From NCBI RefSeq assembly GCF_024521635.1, contig NW_026250426.1, positions 372,001-436,000 of the forward strand: a DNA stretch of 64,000 nt, read 5' to 3'. Each line of letters begins with the position of its first letter. Within the stretch, counting starts at the first letter, position 1. This document shows positions 9,908-22,915 of the stretch, piece by piece. Origin of the DNA: Tricharina praecox. Its lineage: Eukaryota. The position numbers were made by a program, and so were the translations under genes. The notes under the pieces are model-generated. The model did no database searches and was not told the DNA's origin. It saw only the letters and a program-made list of their open reading frames with translations.

Positions 9908-12536
9908 TTACTCATTCTGCATAGCCTGGGAAGAATTGGCAGTGTTAGACATCTGTTGCGAATCCTGTGCAAAATGCTTGCTAGGCAAAACCTTCATGAT
10001 CGCCTTTTGAATGATATTCCACTCGACAGCCGACGCCTCAGCCATGGTAAGGTGCGACTTTTTCGATTCCTCAGGATGTTGCTTGGTGATATTTTTCGCC
10101 CGAATTAACTCCGCGGCAGCGTGCATCTGAGAGCCATGCTCATCAGCGCGCGGCGTAATCGACAACTCAAGTAAAACAGAATAAAACTATTCCAGTCAAC
10201 ATCGCTATCCAGAATGGAGAAGGGATTACATACTTCTAAGACTTTCCTCTCCGCACCGATAGCTTTGCCCAAGGCCTCGAACCCACCGAGTACAGCAATG
10301 TCGGAATCCACGCGGATGCCTTCCGCACCAAACTCGGCCGTCTTGACCAACTCATATTTCTGGGCATCCGTAAACCCCGAGCACCTAAGACCAACGCAGA
10401 GCAAAGTCTTTAGCAGCTCGAGATCCAGATTCGGCAGGGTCCTTCCCCGTTTGATCTGGCGCTTCAATATATCAACGGCAGTAAGCAGAGACTGATAGAT
10501 GTAATCCCGCTGCTCGATAGTGTAGAGGTCCACCGCGAACCAAGGAAACTTGGAGACGATCGACATGAGCGACTGGAAAGGTCGCTGCAGGCACTTGCGG
10601 CTGAATGGGCTCTGTAAAGGTTAGCTTACTGTTGTGACCTCTGGTGAGGATTGATGACTTACTCTGTGAGGGGTCCGCGCGTGATTGACGATCAACACGA
10701 GTTCCTCGCGGGAGATAATCTCGGTTTTCGAGCCATACTCCGGCTTATTCGCTGCAGGAACAGGCATGACTCCCTCCCAGATTATCCCCTTAGCCCTCGG
10801 AAATATGTCTTTCATAAGCTCTGATGGGTCAACGACGTCCAATGAGAGGTGCCTGTTGCCCAGGACCCTGGAACGACGACGGGAGACGCATTTCCACGCA
10901 TCCTTGGCGTTCATGAACTCGACATATGCATCCATTGTTTTTCCCTATCCAACAACTACATGTCAGCCTCGCTCAAAGGATTTATGGAAAGGGAGCGTAC
11001 GGTAGATCTATCCATTATTACATGGATACCGATACTGCCTGCAACCTCGGTGACGATGTTCGAGTTCCTGCCGAGGAAATCCAGCAGCTCCTCCGAGGTA
11101 ACGTTGTAAGGAATCTAAATATCAAACAGGTGGTTAGAGTAATCCTATAAGAAGATGTCAAGAGAGCTTACATTGCCAATTTTGACACAGCTCCAGTTCT
11201 GCGGTAGCGAGTTCCTTCCCAAATCAACAAAAGGGGCATTCCTCATAGCTGTTTCCGCATCCATTGCTAGTAACTTGTTCGTACTCATGGGCCTCGCATG
11301 AACCACCGGCTGAATACCCGAAAACTGGATCGGAGGTATCGTGGGTAGGAACGGGACCATGTCGTCCATTTTCAACGGCGAAGGCTGGAACCTACTCACT
11401 GGTGTCGGACTGGTGAAGTGAACTGCGGCCGTGGAAGACGAGGGCGAGGCCCCCACAGACGCTGGGGAGTAGATATTGGAAGGTGTGTACGGCGAAGACG
11501 CCGCCGGCGACGCCATAACAGTCTGGCCAACATAGGCCTGATCGAGGCTGATCAGGGAGGAAACTCTCTGGGCTTAGGTTAGCAGGATCGAGCTTAAGGA
11601 ATAGTATTGTGTGCATACCTCGCCACATCCGCAGAACACTTCATTGTTCGTGGAGGAGATGGTGCTCCAGAACCTGCCGCCGCAGTCGATGCAAATGAGA
11701 CATCTGCATGGGGCTACCTGCAGTTTAGGGTCGAAGAGACATTGGGAGCATCCTAGGACCATCTTGCCATATTGCGAGGCTGACTTGTGCTGTCCACGGT
11801 GCTGATGGTCCCTGGAAGAAGTGATGGCGCCACCGGAAACCGGGGCCTTGGCTCCATATACGCTCTCGGGAGTCGACTCGGGCGAGTTGTAGGACCAAGC
11901 AGCGGGCTGTTTACCTTTCTTGTTCCTCTCAGCAGAGTCACCGGGGCTCATAGTGGTCTGGCTATCCGAAGTCATGGCACTCTGCCAGCTGTGGTTGGTG
12001 AGCTCGCTATTTGATGTTGAAATAGAAACGGAACGGTTGACAACTGGCTGCATCGGAGCCCTGGATCCACGAGTGTTGATATTGGTATTCTCGTGGGAGG
12101 ATGTTCCTTTGGAAGACGGCCTGCGGCCAACATTCTCCTTGTTGCTGGGGGCATGGCTCACCGAACCGGAGTTGGTGTTCCTCCCGGGGGCCAACCGATC
12201 CGCCATCTGCTCGACCCGAGGCCTACTCTTGAGTTTCAGGGAGTTGGCCCTCAATGAGTCGATAGCTGTCTGCCTTCCAGCAGGCTTAGGAGCATCGTCA
12301 TCGGGACGAGAAATTCGAACGGATGGAATCTCGCGGGGTGGGGGATTGATAGGGGCAAATCCAATAGGATAACCATGCATGAATCCAGACACACACTCAT
12401 GGCCATCCGGGCTGATGGGCAATCCGTCAAGATCTAGCGGACAATTACATGCGTGATGAAGACCGGACCTGATGGCCGAGGTAGGGAACGGCCAATTCTT
12501 GAAAGGATTGCCAAAGGTGTTCTCGTGGAGAGACAT
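9908..12536 (-). CDS. Multi-exon RRM RNA-binding protein with an upstream RING-like Cys cluster
   Basis: Spliced RRM CVKIGN|IPYNVT..ELLDFLG...[19 protein letters not shown], then [11 protein letters not shown] and [16 protein letters not shown]. The GT-AG introns I traced join the exons in frame to the stop at 9908. Confidence 0.8.
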
Positions 12537-13473
12537 TTCAAGAAAATGAAGGAGAATTAGAAGTAAGAAAAGTATTTAAGGAGAGTAATTAGGATAGAGG
12601 GTTGCGGAAAGCAGACGAAAGAAACAACAATTGGGGATTGGTGAGTATTTGCACACGAGAGATGACTTTTATGAAGCAACAAGGATGTAGAGTGAAGAGA
12701 AGACGTGAATGAGGATGGGAGGATGAGGGGAAGAAGAGAGGAAGAGGGAGAATGGCGGGGGGATGGGGTGGATTATAAACAACGTCGTCCTATGCAGGCG
12801 GCTTGATTGGATTCCAAATTTGGCCGCCGCCGCTGCTTTCGGGTTGCGAATTTCCTGTTCAGGTTCGGGGCCTCGACCACACGATGACGCCGTAGCAAAT
12901 CATTGAGGTTGAGAAACGGTTCGATCGTGAGAGCTTCGACCTGTTTTGTATGGATCGGTTGCTCGCCAGAAGCATCCCCCCTGGCCAGCCCCACATCTTA
13001 AGTCGCCGACACATGCATTCGAGATTGAGTACCCGCCTGTGCAGACGATCCGAAGGTTCGGGAGAGCCCTGCCAGGATCAAACATCCCCAGATCTCGAGC
13101 TCGTTTATCTAGTTCCAAGGGGGAGGTGCCTTGAAGCCCAAGACTTGCCCACACATGCTCCAACGATGCTCAAGAACCACATTGTCTCTATCCATCAAAA
13201 CAATGCTGTCGGCAGACAGCATTCCGGACTGATGGAGTGAGAAATCAAGCTCGATGCAAGGCTGATGACGGCAGACATCGGGACCACACGTCCGGTGCCT
13301 GTAGAGGCACTAGTGAGCGTCACAACTTCACGAGCAGCAGGCAGTTGTTGTTTCCCGATCACCGCGGGCCTCTCATGATGGAGGTATCGGCTCTTTGAGA
13401 TCTGTGCACTTGGAAGCACGCTTGAATAAAAATGTGGTAGAGCTGCAATACACGGAACGAACAAGCATGACCA

Positions 13474-14671
13474 TCACCATCCGTACCTCGACGAGGACTC
13501 CTTCCGAGTCGCCTTGCTTCTCGCAAAGCTGTCTTCCAATGCAGCCTTCTGTGACTGAGCAACTGCACACTCTGTCAGTCTCGGTGCCAACAGGGCCATG
13601 GGTAGAGCGGCACTCACCATTGAGCAGCGACGACAGTTGATGCCGTCCCGGCGCAACAGTCCGTACAGGCTTGACCTCCGCTGCCAGACCTGCCTCCATG
13701 TCCCGCTCGTTCTGTCTGTACTCCTCGTCGACGCTGAAGGTGGTAATCTTGACTGGCATACCGCCAGGCCCATGCCTGCCGTATAGCTGACGCAACTGTG
13801 TTTGCTGTCAGCGGCCAAAATACATGACGTGCTGCGAGAAAATACAAACCGCACTCTCATCCAAGCCCGCCTCACGTGCTAGCGCATCAAGGTCATTTAT
13901 CTGTGATTGTGCATTTGCAGCTGCCGCACCCCCACCCGCAGCATACGAACTCTGTTCGGCCACCCCCACCATTCCCTGCTCCTCGTCAAAATCATCCGTG
14001 TGCTCCGCCGGCCTCCGCATAGGCTGCGCAGCCTCGAGCATTATCGGCTTGTACTCTCCCGCCATCACCGGCTTCACCGCTTTCGGTCGAGGAAGGGGAT
14101 TCGTCACGGCTGCTCCGAACAATGACACCTTCGGCTTCACCAGCTCCGTCTTGGCCTTTCCCCCCGCCGTAGCAACAGTCTTCTTCCGGAACGCACTCAT
14201 GGGCTGGATAGGTTTTCGAGCCACCGATTGCGGGACGAACATAGTGTTACTAGCACTCATCGCCGACACTGGTTGTTGTTGTTGCGTCTCCTCCGTCACA
14301 GTCCCCACTTCAGCCCTAACCTCGTCCTTCACCTCCGGCGGCGGCGGGGGTGCAGCACCCTTCGCAGCACCGCCAGTCCGTTTCGGCGCCGGCAACATGG
14401 CACTCAACCCGCTCCCCGTAGTCCGCGCCTTCTTCGCAGGCCGCCCATCCCTCCCCTCCTCCTCATCATCGTCAAACTTGGGTAGGTTCACGATAATCTT
14501 CTTCGGCGCGTCTTTATCTACAGCTTCGTCTTTTTGCTTTCGCGACTTCGGCTTGGGGAGGAGCGCCGACAGTCCGGAGGGTTTCTTGGTTGGCACGGGC
14601 GGAGGAGGCGCGGGCACGGGCGCGGAAGCCGGAGCGGACTCGTCGTCGGAGCTGGCGTAGTCGAGGTCCAT
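13474..14671 (-). CDS. PRCC-like (MAD2B-interacting / spliceosome-associated) proline-rich protein; 3 exons
   Basis: N-terminal MDLDYASSDDE and SGLSALLPKPK; C-terminal PGRHQLSSLLN..QSQKAALEDSFA...KESSSRYGW typical of the PRCC domain. Confidence 0.85.
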
Positions 14672-15605
14672 TGCGTGCGTTGGCTTGTGGATTTCGTGTC
14701 GTGGGTCGTGATTGTCGCGTTTTACTTTTGGCTTACCGTAGTTAGTGAATGCTGGAGCTTGCGTGGGTGGTTGACGTTGCTTCGGTACTCTAACTAGAGT
14801 AGGATGATGGTTGCTCACGTCGCGTTCGCGGTAAGTAGAACCGAGTGCGCGACTCTCACTCGTCCCAGCATCCCACCCACGGGCCACCAGGGGATGTGTA
14901 GAATGTGAGGCCATGCCCATGCATTATGTACTTACAACATCTATGGTTATCGTATGTAAAGACGTTGGGCCATCCGCTGAGCTTTCCACCCGCAATGCGC
15001 CGTTCTCACTCGGCCACACCTGGATATATGGAAGAAGCTGATACCATATCATATATCCAGCGTATGAGCCCATATTCATGCATATAGCTCGGTTCGATGC
15101 GGGATGTCAGGTCAGGTCATTCACCGGGGCAGGCAGGGCAGGCAGGGCATGCCAGGCCCGCAGAAAGTCAATAAGTGCGGTGTTTCTCCGCATTATACCC
15201 TCATATTAAGAAGTATCCAGTAGAGTGGTGATCCGTCCGGCCCCGCGCGGCCTGCTCTCGGTTTTGACGATGGCAACATGTCTAGGAGAAGTACAGCGCA
15301 GCCGGAATCCCAGCAGCAGCAGCAGCAGCAGCAACAGGCTCGGGCTCCTGGCGCCAACCCAAATAACTAGGATCCACGACTCCACATGTTCCGCCTGCGC
15401 CTGAGCTGCCCTCACGCGACGGTTGCATAGGAGGTAAGTAGAGTGGAGTTGGGTTGGGTTGATCGCTCGCTCGCCTCGCTTCGTCTGGCCTGGCCTGTGT
15501 TGTCAGGACGAACGGCCGGTAGCTACCGGTAGGGGTCGAAAGAAGCTCAAGTGTGAAACTTAACGGCCCAGTTTTTTGTCCCCATGGCCTGATCTGTGAA
15601 AAGGC

Positions 15606-15615
15606 TTATATAAAG
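15606..15615 (+). promoter_or_regulatory. TATA box upstream of the microprotein gene
   Basis: TTATATAAAG about 190 nt upstream of ATG 15798, followed by a CT-rich leader. Confidence 0.55.
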
Positions 15616-15797
15616 GTAGGTGCAAGCTGTCCTGGAGCTTCTCTTTCTCCTTCCTCTATCCTTCTATATACTTCCATCAACAGCTGGCTACTTACTCTCC
15701 ACACCAAACGCTATTGACTGCCAGCCGCACTTGCCCGTCGCCCTCGACAACCCACAGCCCTACAGCACTACACCGGAACCGAGCTTCAACATCCAAC

Positions 15798-16141
15798 ATG
15801 CCTCCTCTCCATCTTGGCGCCGTCCGCCAGTACTCCCACCAAGCCATGAAGACCTCCAGAACTCCACAGGCCATTGCCATATACTCCTACCTGATCGTAA
15901 GCCTCTCACCCCTTCCAGCTACTCCCTAACCCTATCGATCAAAAAAACTAAAAAATGTTTATCCAGGTCGGCTTCACCCTCCCCTGGGCGGGACCGATGG
16001 CCGTGTCGATCCGCGGAGACGAGAAGGGACGGGACGGGTATGTCTAACTTCCTACCCCCTCGATACCTCGTCCGCTACCGAAATTACATGCTGACTCGCC
16101 TCCTCAGGCCCCCCCTCAGTCTTCACCACTGCTGTCGCTAG
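15798..16141 (+). CDS. Small 3-exon single-TM microprotein, 67 aa (exons 15798-15896, 15967-16037, 16108-16141)
   Basis: AAC-ATG start. Intron 1 GTAAGC...CTAAC...CAG and intron 2 GTATGT...CTGAC...CAG, both 70 nt. The spliced frame is open: MPPLHLGAVRQYSHQAMKTSRTPQAIAIYSYLIVGFTLPWAGPMAVSIRGDEKGRDGPPLSLHHCCR*. Confidence 0.7.
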
Positions 16142-17797
16142 ACCGACGGGCTCGTATTGTCGAGTGATGGGTAATGGCTCGGGCTCGGGCTCGGGGGCGT
16201 TTACTTTTGCTTTTGCTTTTGCTTTTCGATAGGTAGTAGCGGCGTTCATGGTGCTTCTGGACTCGGGGAAATAAAATTCAAATTCAAATTCGTGGCAACC
16301 TCGATTGTCTTCTGTTCCTCCTGTGTCTCAAGTGCACAATACTTCGTTCTTTGTGCCAAGGGGTGGGGTGGGGTGGGTAAACCGTAAATGAATGAATGAA
16401 GTAGAAGTTGCGAATGCTATGGTACATGTATGTGGATAGAGTATGTAAAGTACAAGTAGAGCGAGAGAGGCAAAGAGGGAGCCCCCGTGCTTACGCCCTC
16501 AACCCAACGCTCGCTCAACTGAACCGGTCCCCCTTCGGGCTCCTATACACCTCCGACGCCTCGTATTTGCTCTTCTCGCGCACGCGCTGCTCATCGTTCG
16601 TTGGCTCATGCCGAGTGGCCGCCGGATCGCCGCCAGGCTCTTGCGTATGCCCGTAGTGGCTGCCGTAGAGCACCGCCTCCTCACCTATCATCCACTGTTA
16701 ACACCCACTCATACGCCCACCAATCCACTAGGTAGAGGAAGGGACGGGGGGGGACAAACGCTGCTTGGCCTGCCGCCGCAAATGCTTCTCTCGCCGATCG
16801 GCGTCGATTTCTCGCTTGGCGAAGTAGTATGCTCCACCGCCGGCGAGCGTGAGCGCCGCCATGCCCTGCCTTTATGGGGGGAAGTGTGTGAGCTATGAGC
16901 GCCGCCGCTGGGGGTGGTGATGAGAATGAAGGTGGGAGTACCAGAAAGATTTCACCTACACACATCATGCGGGTTAGCACTCACTCGTCACTCATTTTCC
17001 CCAGCACACAGTGGAGCACAGTGGGGCAGGCGGGGCAGGCGGCGGGCGGGGGAGAGCTACGGTGTTCATGCTGGTTGATTGGTTGATTGATGCTGCTCGA
17101 GGACGGAACGTGGGAGGTGGAATTGAATGTATGTATGTGCGGTTTTTATCTCGTTCGCGGTCGGGTTCGGCGGTTTTGTGCGGCGCCGGTGGATGTCGGA
17201 AACTCGGGCTCGGTGGGGTGCCAGTGGCAGGGTGCGTGAGGTCAGACCATATATTTCTTGGCGTGCGGCGTGCGGCACTGCGGCGAGAGACGGTACGCTA
17301 CAGACTACGCTACAGACTACGCTAAGGTGCGACTTGTTTTTGCTTGGCAGGCGGCGGGTAGGCGGGTAATTGTGTGTCTCACGAGTGTGGGGGCACTACA
17401 TAGAAGCTTCTTCACGAAAGTATTTTGGGGAAGAGGTTTGTGATTCATAGGGCTGTGCGAATTGGTCAGAAGAGAAGGGGAGTCAGCGGGTTGTTTTGCG
17501 TTGCTTAGAATTTTACGGCCAGTGAGTCAGGCAAACAGTGCGCAGCGGAAGCCAATTGAAGTGCGCACCTTGGCTTGGAACTTGGAGGTTGGAGCTTAAG
17601 AGCTTGCACTTGCGACGCCACTGCCGCCATCTTCCTACTTCAACCCGCGCAACAACCACCACCTTCACCTCCACCTCTACCACCTCCACTACCACCACCA
17701 CCGCTATTACAACCCTCACCGCTCTTACAACCCTTACCACCGCCACCACCCTTCGTCCGATATCCACCATAAACACAACCTCACCACTACACACAAG

Positions 17798-20476
17798 ATG
17801 CCGCCGAAACGTAAAGCAGAGGGAGCTCCGTCGGTTGCGAAGCACACGCGTGTCGCGGCGCCGGTAGCTAGCGACGACGACTTCGAGGATTCGAGTGATG
17901 ACGCGGAAGAGGCCGAGGACATGTCGCGTATGCTTCTTGCATTGACCCCCAAGCTTGCGGACCACTAACAGTTGGGCGCAGGTGTGATCAACAAGTTCAC
18001 GATCACGGGCGGCGATGACAGCTCCACCAGGGTCCGAAAAATCGACGCGGCTTCGAAGTTTTTTACCAAGAAGGGACGCGATTTAACACACTTGACCCTC
18101 AAGACTGGGCACGGATCGAGGCCGCTGTGGATCAACCCCGATGGCACCATCATCCTCGAGAGCTTCAACCCGTTGGCGGCAAGGGCGCAGGAGTTTCTGA
18201 CGACTATCGCTGAACCCCAGTCCAGGCCACAGTATCTCCACGAATACAAGATCACGGCACATTCGCTCTATGCTGCGGTTGCCTCTGCGGGTCTGACGCC
18301 AGAGGATCTGCTGGGAACTCTGGAGCGGTTTTCGAAGATCACCGTGCCCGCGTCGATTGCCAAGTTCATCAAGGAGACTACCGAGTCGTATGGAAAGATC
18401 AAGCTTGTGCTGAAGGACAATCGATATTTCATCGAGAGCAAGGACCCACAGATGTTGCAACGGTTGCTTACGGATCAGGAGATAGGACCGTTGAGATTAC
18501 AGGGCGAAGTGGTGAAGGAGAAGGCTCCGCAAATGCGTGGATTGGTCATTCCTGGTACAAAGGAGGCCGCTGGCGTGAAGCAAGCCCCTGGTCAACCGCA
18601 TGCGCAGGGGGCCGAGGGAGGACAGGCGTCGTCGTCGGAAGATATGTTCACGTCGATTACGGGTATCAAGGAGGATGAGGAAGGAGATGATGACGAGGAT
18701 GAAGATACGGTGCATTCGTTCGAGATCTCGGCGGAGTCGGTTGAGACTGTGCAGAAGCGTTGCTTCACTCTGGGATTCCCCATCTCGGAGGAATACGCAT
18801 TCAGAGAAGATCACAAGAATCCCGACCTGAATATAGACCTCAGACCCCACGCTCGCATCCGATCGTACCAAGAAGTTAGCTTGAACAAAATGTTCGGAAA
18901 CGGACGCGCGAAGAGCGGAATCATCGTTTTGCCGTGCGGTGCCGGAAAGACCCTGGTCGGCATCTCCGCCGGTTGTACCATCAAGAAGAGTATCGTAGTC
19001 TTGGCCACATCAGCGTATGAACTTCCAGTCCAGCGTGTTGCCTGTTTGCAGGATTGCAAATTTTGCATCTGTGGTAATCGTTTCACTGAATTTGACTGAC
19101 AAAACGTGTTGAAAAGTATGAGTGTTGTCCAATGGCGCCAGCAGTTCATCCAGTGGAGCAACATCGATCCTGATCAAATCGCCGTGTTTACGTCCGAAAA
19201 CAAGGCAGCCTTCAAAGGAGATGCCGGTATTATCGTGTCTACATACTCCATGGTCACCCAGACTCGCGGCCGATCCCACGATTCGGAGAAGATGATGCAG
19301 TTCCTGATGGGACGTGAATGGGGCCTATTGATTCTCGACGAAGTCCACGTCGTCCCTGCCGCCATGTTCCGTAAAGTGTTGACCTCAATAAACTCCCACT
19401 CGAAGCTGGGATTGACGGCTACGTTGCTCCGTGAGGATGACAAGGTCTCGGATCTGAACTTCTTGATTGGACCGAAGCTCTACGAGGCCAACTGGATGGA
19501 GCTGGCTGAGCTCGGTCATATCGCCAAGGTTCAGTGTGCGGAGGTGTGGTGTCCTATGAGCCCAGAGTTCTACACTGAGTATCTGAATGAGCCGGATGCT
19601 CGCAAGAAGACACTGCACTATATCATGAATCCCAGAAAGTATGTATCATCCAGAGGTGCTATCTAGTACAGGGCTAACGAAATGCACAGGTTTCAGGCAT
19701 GCCAGTTTCTGATCGACCACCACGAAAAGCGAGGCGACAAGATCATCGTGTTTTCTGATAACGTATACGCGTTGAAAGCCTACGCCCTCAAGCTAGGAAA
19801 GGCCTTCATCTACGGCGAAACCCCGCAGCAGGAGCGGATGCGTATTCTTGAGAACTTCCAGCTCAACGACAGGGTCAACACCATCTTCCTCTCCAAAATC
19901 GGTGACACCTCCTTGGATCTGCCTGAAGCTACGTGCCTCATCCAGATCTCATCGCACTACGGGTCCCGTCGTCAAGAAGCCCAGCGCCTCGGCCGTATCC
20001 TCCGAGCCAAGCGCAGAAACGATGAGGGCTTTAACGCCTTCTTCTACTCGCTCGTGTCGAAAGACACCGCCGAAATGTATTACTCCTCTAAGCGCCAGGC
20101 CTTCCTAGTCGACCAAGGCTACGCCTTCAAGGTGATCACCCATCTCCAAGGAATCGAGAACCTCCCCGGTCTCGCGTACTCCACCGTCGCCGAGCGCAAG
20201 GAACTGTTGGAGGAAGTCGTTCTCCAGAACGCCGAAGCCGGTGGTCAGGAGAAGGATGACTTCGACGGCAAGGGTCTCAGCTACAATGCGAAGCGCCGTG
20301 GAGGACGCCGGACTAAGGGTCGGCTCAGCGAACTGTCGGGTGGTAACACCATGGCATACATGGAACGCAACAGGAGCAGGAACAAGGAACTCAAGGGCGG
20401 CAAGAGCGCATTCTTCAGGAAGCTCAACAGGGACACGGATAGGCGCAAGAAGGAACAGATTGCGATGCTCAAGTAG
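17798..20476 (+). CDS. SSL2: TFIIH DNA helicase/translocase XPB; 4 exons
   Basis: [14 protein letters not shown], Walker [46 protein letters not shown]-terminal MPPKRK NLS; three GT-AG introns. Confidence 0.97.
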
Positions 20477-20954
20477 ATGCTACCTACATGCGCGTAATCT
20501 GGGTGGTCGCATGGGGAAATGATAGTTTTATCATAAGTTGTTTGATTACAGCTTTTTCCACTTACGATTTGTTTCTTTTTCCATTTACGATTTTTTGCAT
20601 ACCTAGCATGTACGTGTATTCTAGACTTTGGAGGCCCTAAAGAGAGACAGAGAGACGCGAAATGAACTCTTTCCGTTATCCGTAATATACTTTCGAAACC
20701 GCCTTGTGAAAAGTGGCGAGAGTACTTATCAAGCCATAGTGAGTGACATTCTATGCTTTCAGCCCCACGGTGTTGCCCTAAAGCAGTCCCACGCCACAGA
20801 ACACAACGCGCACAAACCCACAAGCGAGTCGTTCCATCATAACGAAATTCCGCAACAACCTCGCCTAGACGACCAGCCCTCGACAACGCCCCCGACGCCC
20901 AACGACCGACAAGCTCCCACCGACCTTTTACGGAAACTCCAAACAATCGCACAA

Positions 20955-21679
20955 ATGGCTGACGCTGACTACGTACGTTTTTTCTACGGGAGATGTGGGG
21001 GGAGGGGAATGAATGTGCTATTTAGACGAGAGCGAAGTGCTGACGGTTTTTTTTTAGGACCCCGTTGCCGCTGAGGGTACGCTACACTTCACTCGTTCTT
21101 CAATGGGGAGCATATAATAACCCACTAGAACAGAGAAGAAGAAGGCCAGAACCTTCCGCAAGTTCTCCTACCGTGGTGTCGAGCTTGACCAGTGAGTGGC
21201 GGACCCCGCGCGATGCGACTCGGAGGTGCGCGATCACTGACGCGATTTTTTTTCTACAGGCTCCTCGACCTCTCCTCCGAGGAGCTCCGCGACCTCGTCC
21301 ATGCCCGTGCCCGCAGAAGGTTCAACCGTGGACTCAAGCGCAAGCCCATGGGTCTGATCAAGAAGCTCCGCAAGGCCAAGAAGGAGGCCAAGCCCAACGA
21401 GAAGCCCGACCTCGTCAAGACCCATCTCCGTGACATGATCATCGTCCCCGAGATGATCGGTTCCGTCATCGGTATCTACTCCGGAAAGGAGTTCAACCAG
21501 GTCGAGATCAAGCCCGAGATGGTCGGTCACTACTTGGCTGAGTTCTCTATCTCATAGTAAGTTTACTCCATGTAATGGGGTGAAACGATGGTGGCTAATG
21601 ATCCAACAGCAAGCCTGTCAAGCACGGTCGTCCCGGTATCGGAGCCACCCACTCTTCGCGTTTCATCCCCCTCAAATAA
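20955..21679 (+). CDS. RPS15: 40S ribosomal protein S15 (uS19); 5 exons including two very short 5' exons
   Basis: Spliced [40 protein letters not shown]...[17 protein letters not shown]...[28 protein letters not shown]. Confidence 0.97.
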
Positions 21680-22052
21680 ACGATCTGGGAATGTTGTTGC
21701 GGACGTGGCGTTGCGATTGCTTTGGAATAAAATTTCTGGGTTCTCGTGGGACAAACAAAACTTGATTTCTGGGATATGTGATACGCTCTCGATTGTGACC
21801 GTGAATACTTCACACTGCGGTGGCTAATGGCTACACTCCATGTGACTACTCCCATGATACATCACCTGCTACACAATCCAAGACGCCACCACTGGACACA
21901 TGTGTCTTCCCTCGTCCAAGATGCCACTGCACCTTCGCCATCCAACTTGTTCGGGCACTGATGGCCCCTTTGGGTTGCTCCAGATGCTCCGCTCATCCAA
22001 TCCTCGTCAACAAACCACTTACACCCTCGTTAAAAGATAACGCAAGCAAAGC

Positions 22053-22631
22053 ATGCCCAAGCGCCCCGCATCCTCCCCCATTACGCACCCGGTCCGAGCA
22101 CCCCCACACACCCCGTCCCAGCCGTTGTACCAAGCAGATGTGTTGCACATCTGCGGCCACGAACGGCCACGACTTGTTACTACGGTAAGTCCAGACGGCA
22201 GGACGTACTCGCCCTCGCCGTGTCTGTACTGCAAGCACGCGCATCCGGAATCGCTGCGGGAAATGAAAGCCGACGGTACGAGAAAGTACTATGGCGAGCG
22301 GTGCGCGGGGAGACCGTGGCCGTGGGTCCGCACTTGTGCCGTGGAGCGGCGGTGGTGGGTTGTTGATGGACCTGAGGAGGAGGGGGAGGCGGAGGCGGAT
22401 GTAATCAGCGGCGGGGAGTCACGGGCGAATCACCGACGGTTGAGAGGGGAGCTGCGTCGGAGAGGGATGGGAAGTGGGGGTACTGCTTCCGCCCAGGCGG
22501 CTGGTCCCGCTGATGCTGATACCACGCCCCACGCCCGCCCTGCTGAGTCCTGCGCATGGCGGAGGCTCCGGAGAGTTAGGGCTGCGTTCAGGTCTGCTGC
22601 TTATGCCGCAGGCCGGCGCCGGTGTGCGTAG
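22053..22631 (+). CDS. Possible orphan small protein with CGH and CxxC motifs
   Basis: 192-aa ORF with HICGH...CLYC and an acidic patch. No family recognised; a GTAAGT donor at about 22185 makes the structure uncertain. Confidence 0.3.
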   Translation: MPKRPASSPITHPVRAPPHTPSQPLYQADVLHICGHERPRLVTTVSPDGRTYSPSPCLYCKHAHPESLREMKADGTRKYYGERCAGRPWPWVRTCAVERRWWVVDGPEEEGEAEADVISGGESRANHRRLRGELRRRGMGSGGTASAQAAGPADADTTPHARPAESCAWRRLRRVRAAFRSAAYAAGRRRCA

Positions 22632-22915
22632 ACACTGCTGTGGCAGTCTTAGGCGTTGCCCCGTACCTGGGGGGGGCTGAAAGTGATATGCATAATCATC
22701 ATACTGTCCTAAGGCCCGAGGAGGAGTGATTGTACGTGATTGATGGTGTAAGATGCTTTTTTGGTCGGCCAACCAGGCGATCCCCTGGGAGAAACGAATA
22801 ACAAGCGGAAGCGAAAGGAATCCAGGTCGCTGATATGTACATGTAGACTCCGGTATTCTAGTAGCAATAGCCACTACTACTTCTAATCGATAGGTATCAA
22901 CTCCTTCGCCAGCGT

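Noticed and set aside
12773..13464. Cluster of short ORFs between the RRM and PRCC-like genes
   Set aside because: No consistent exon structure or recognisable protein; probably promoter and 3' UTR.
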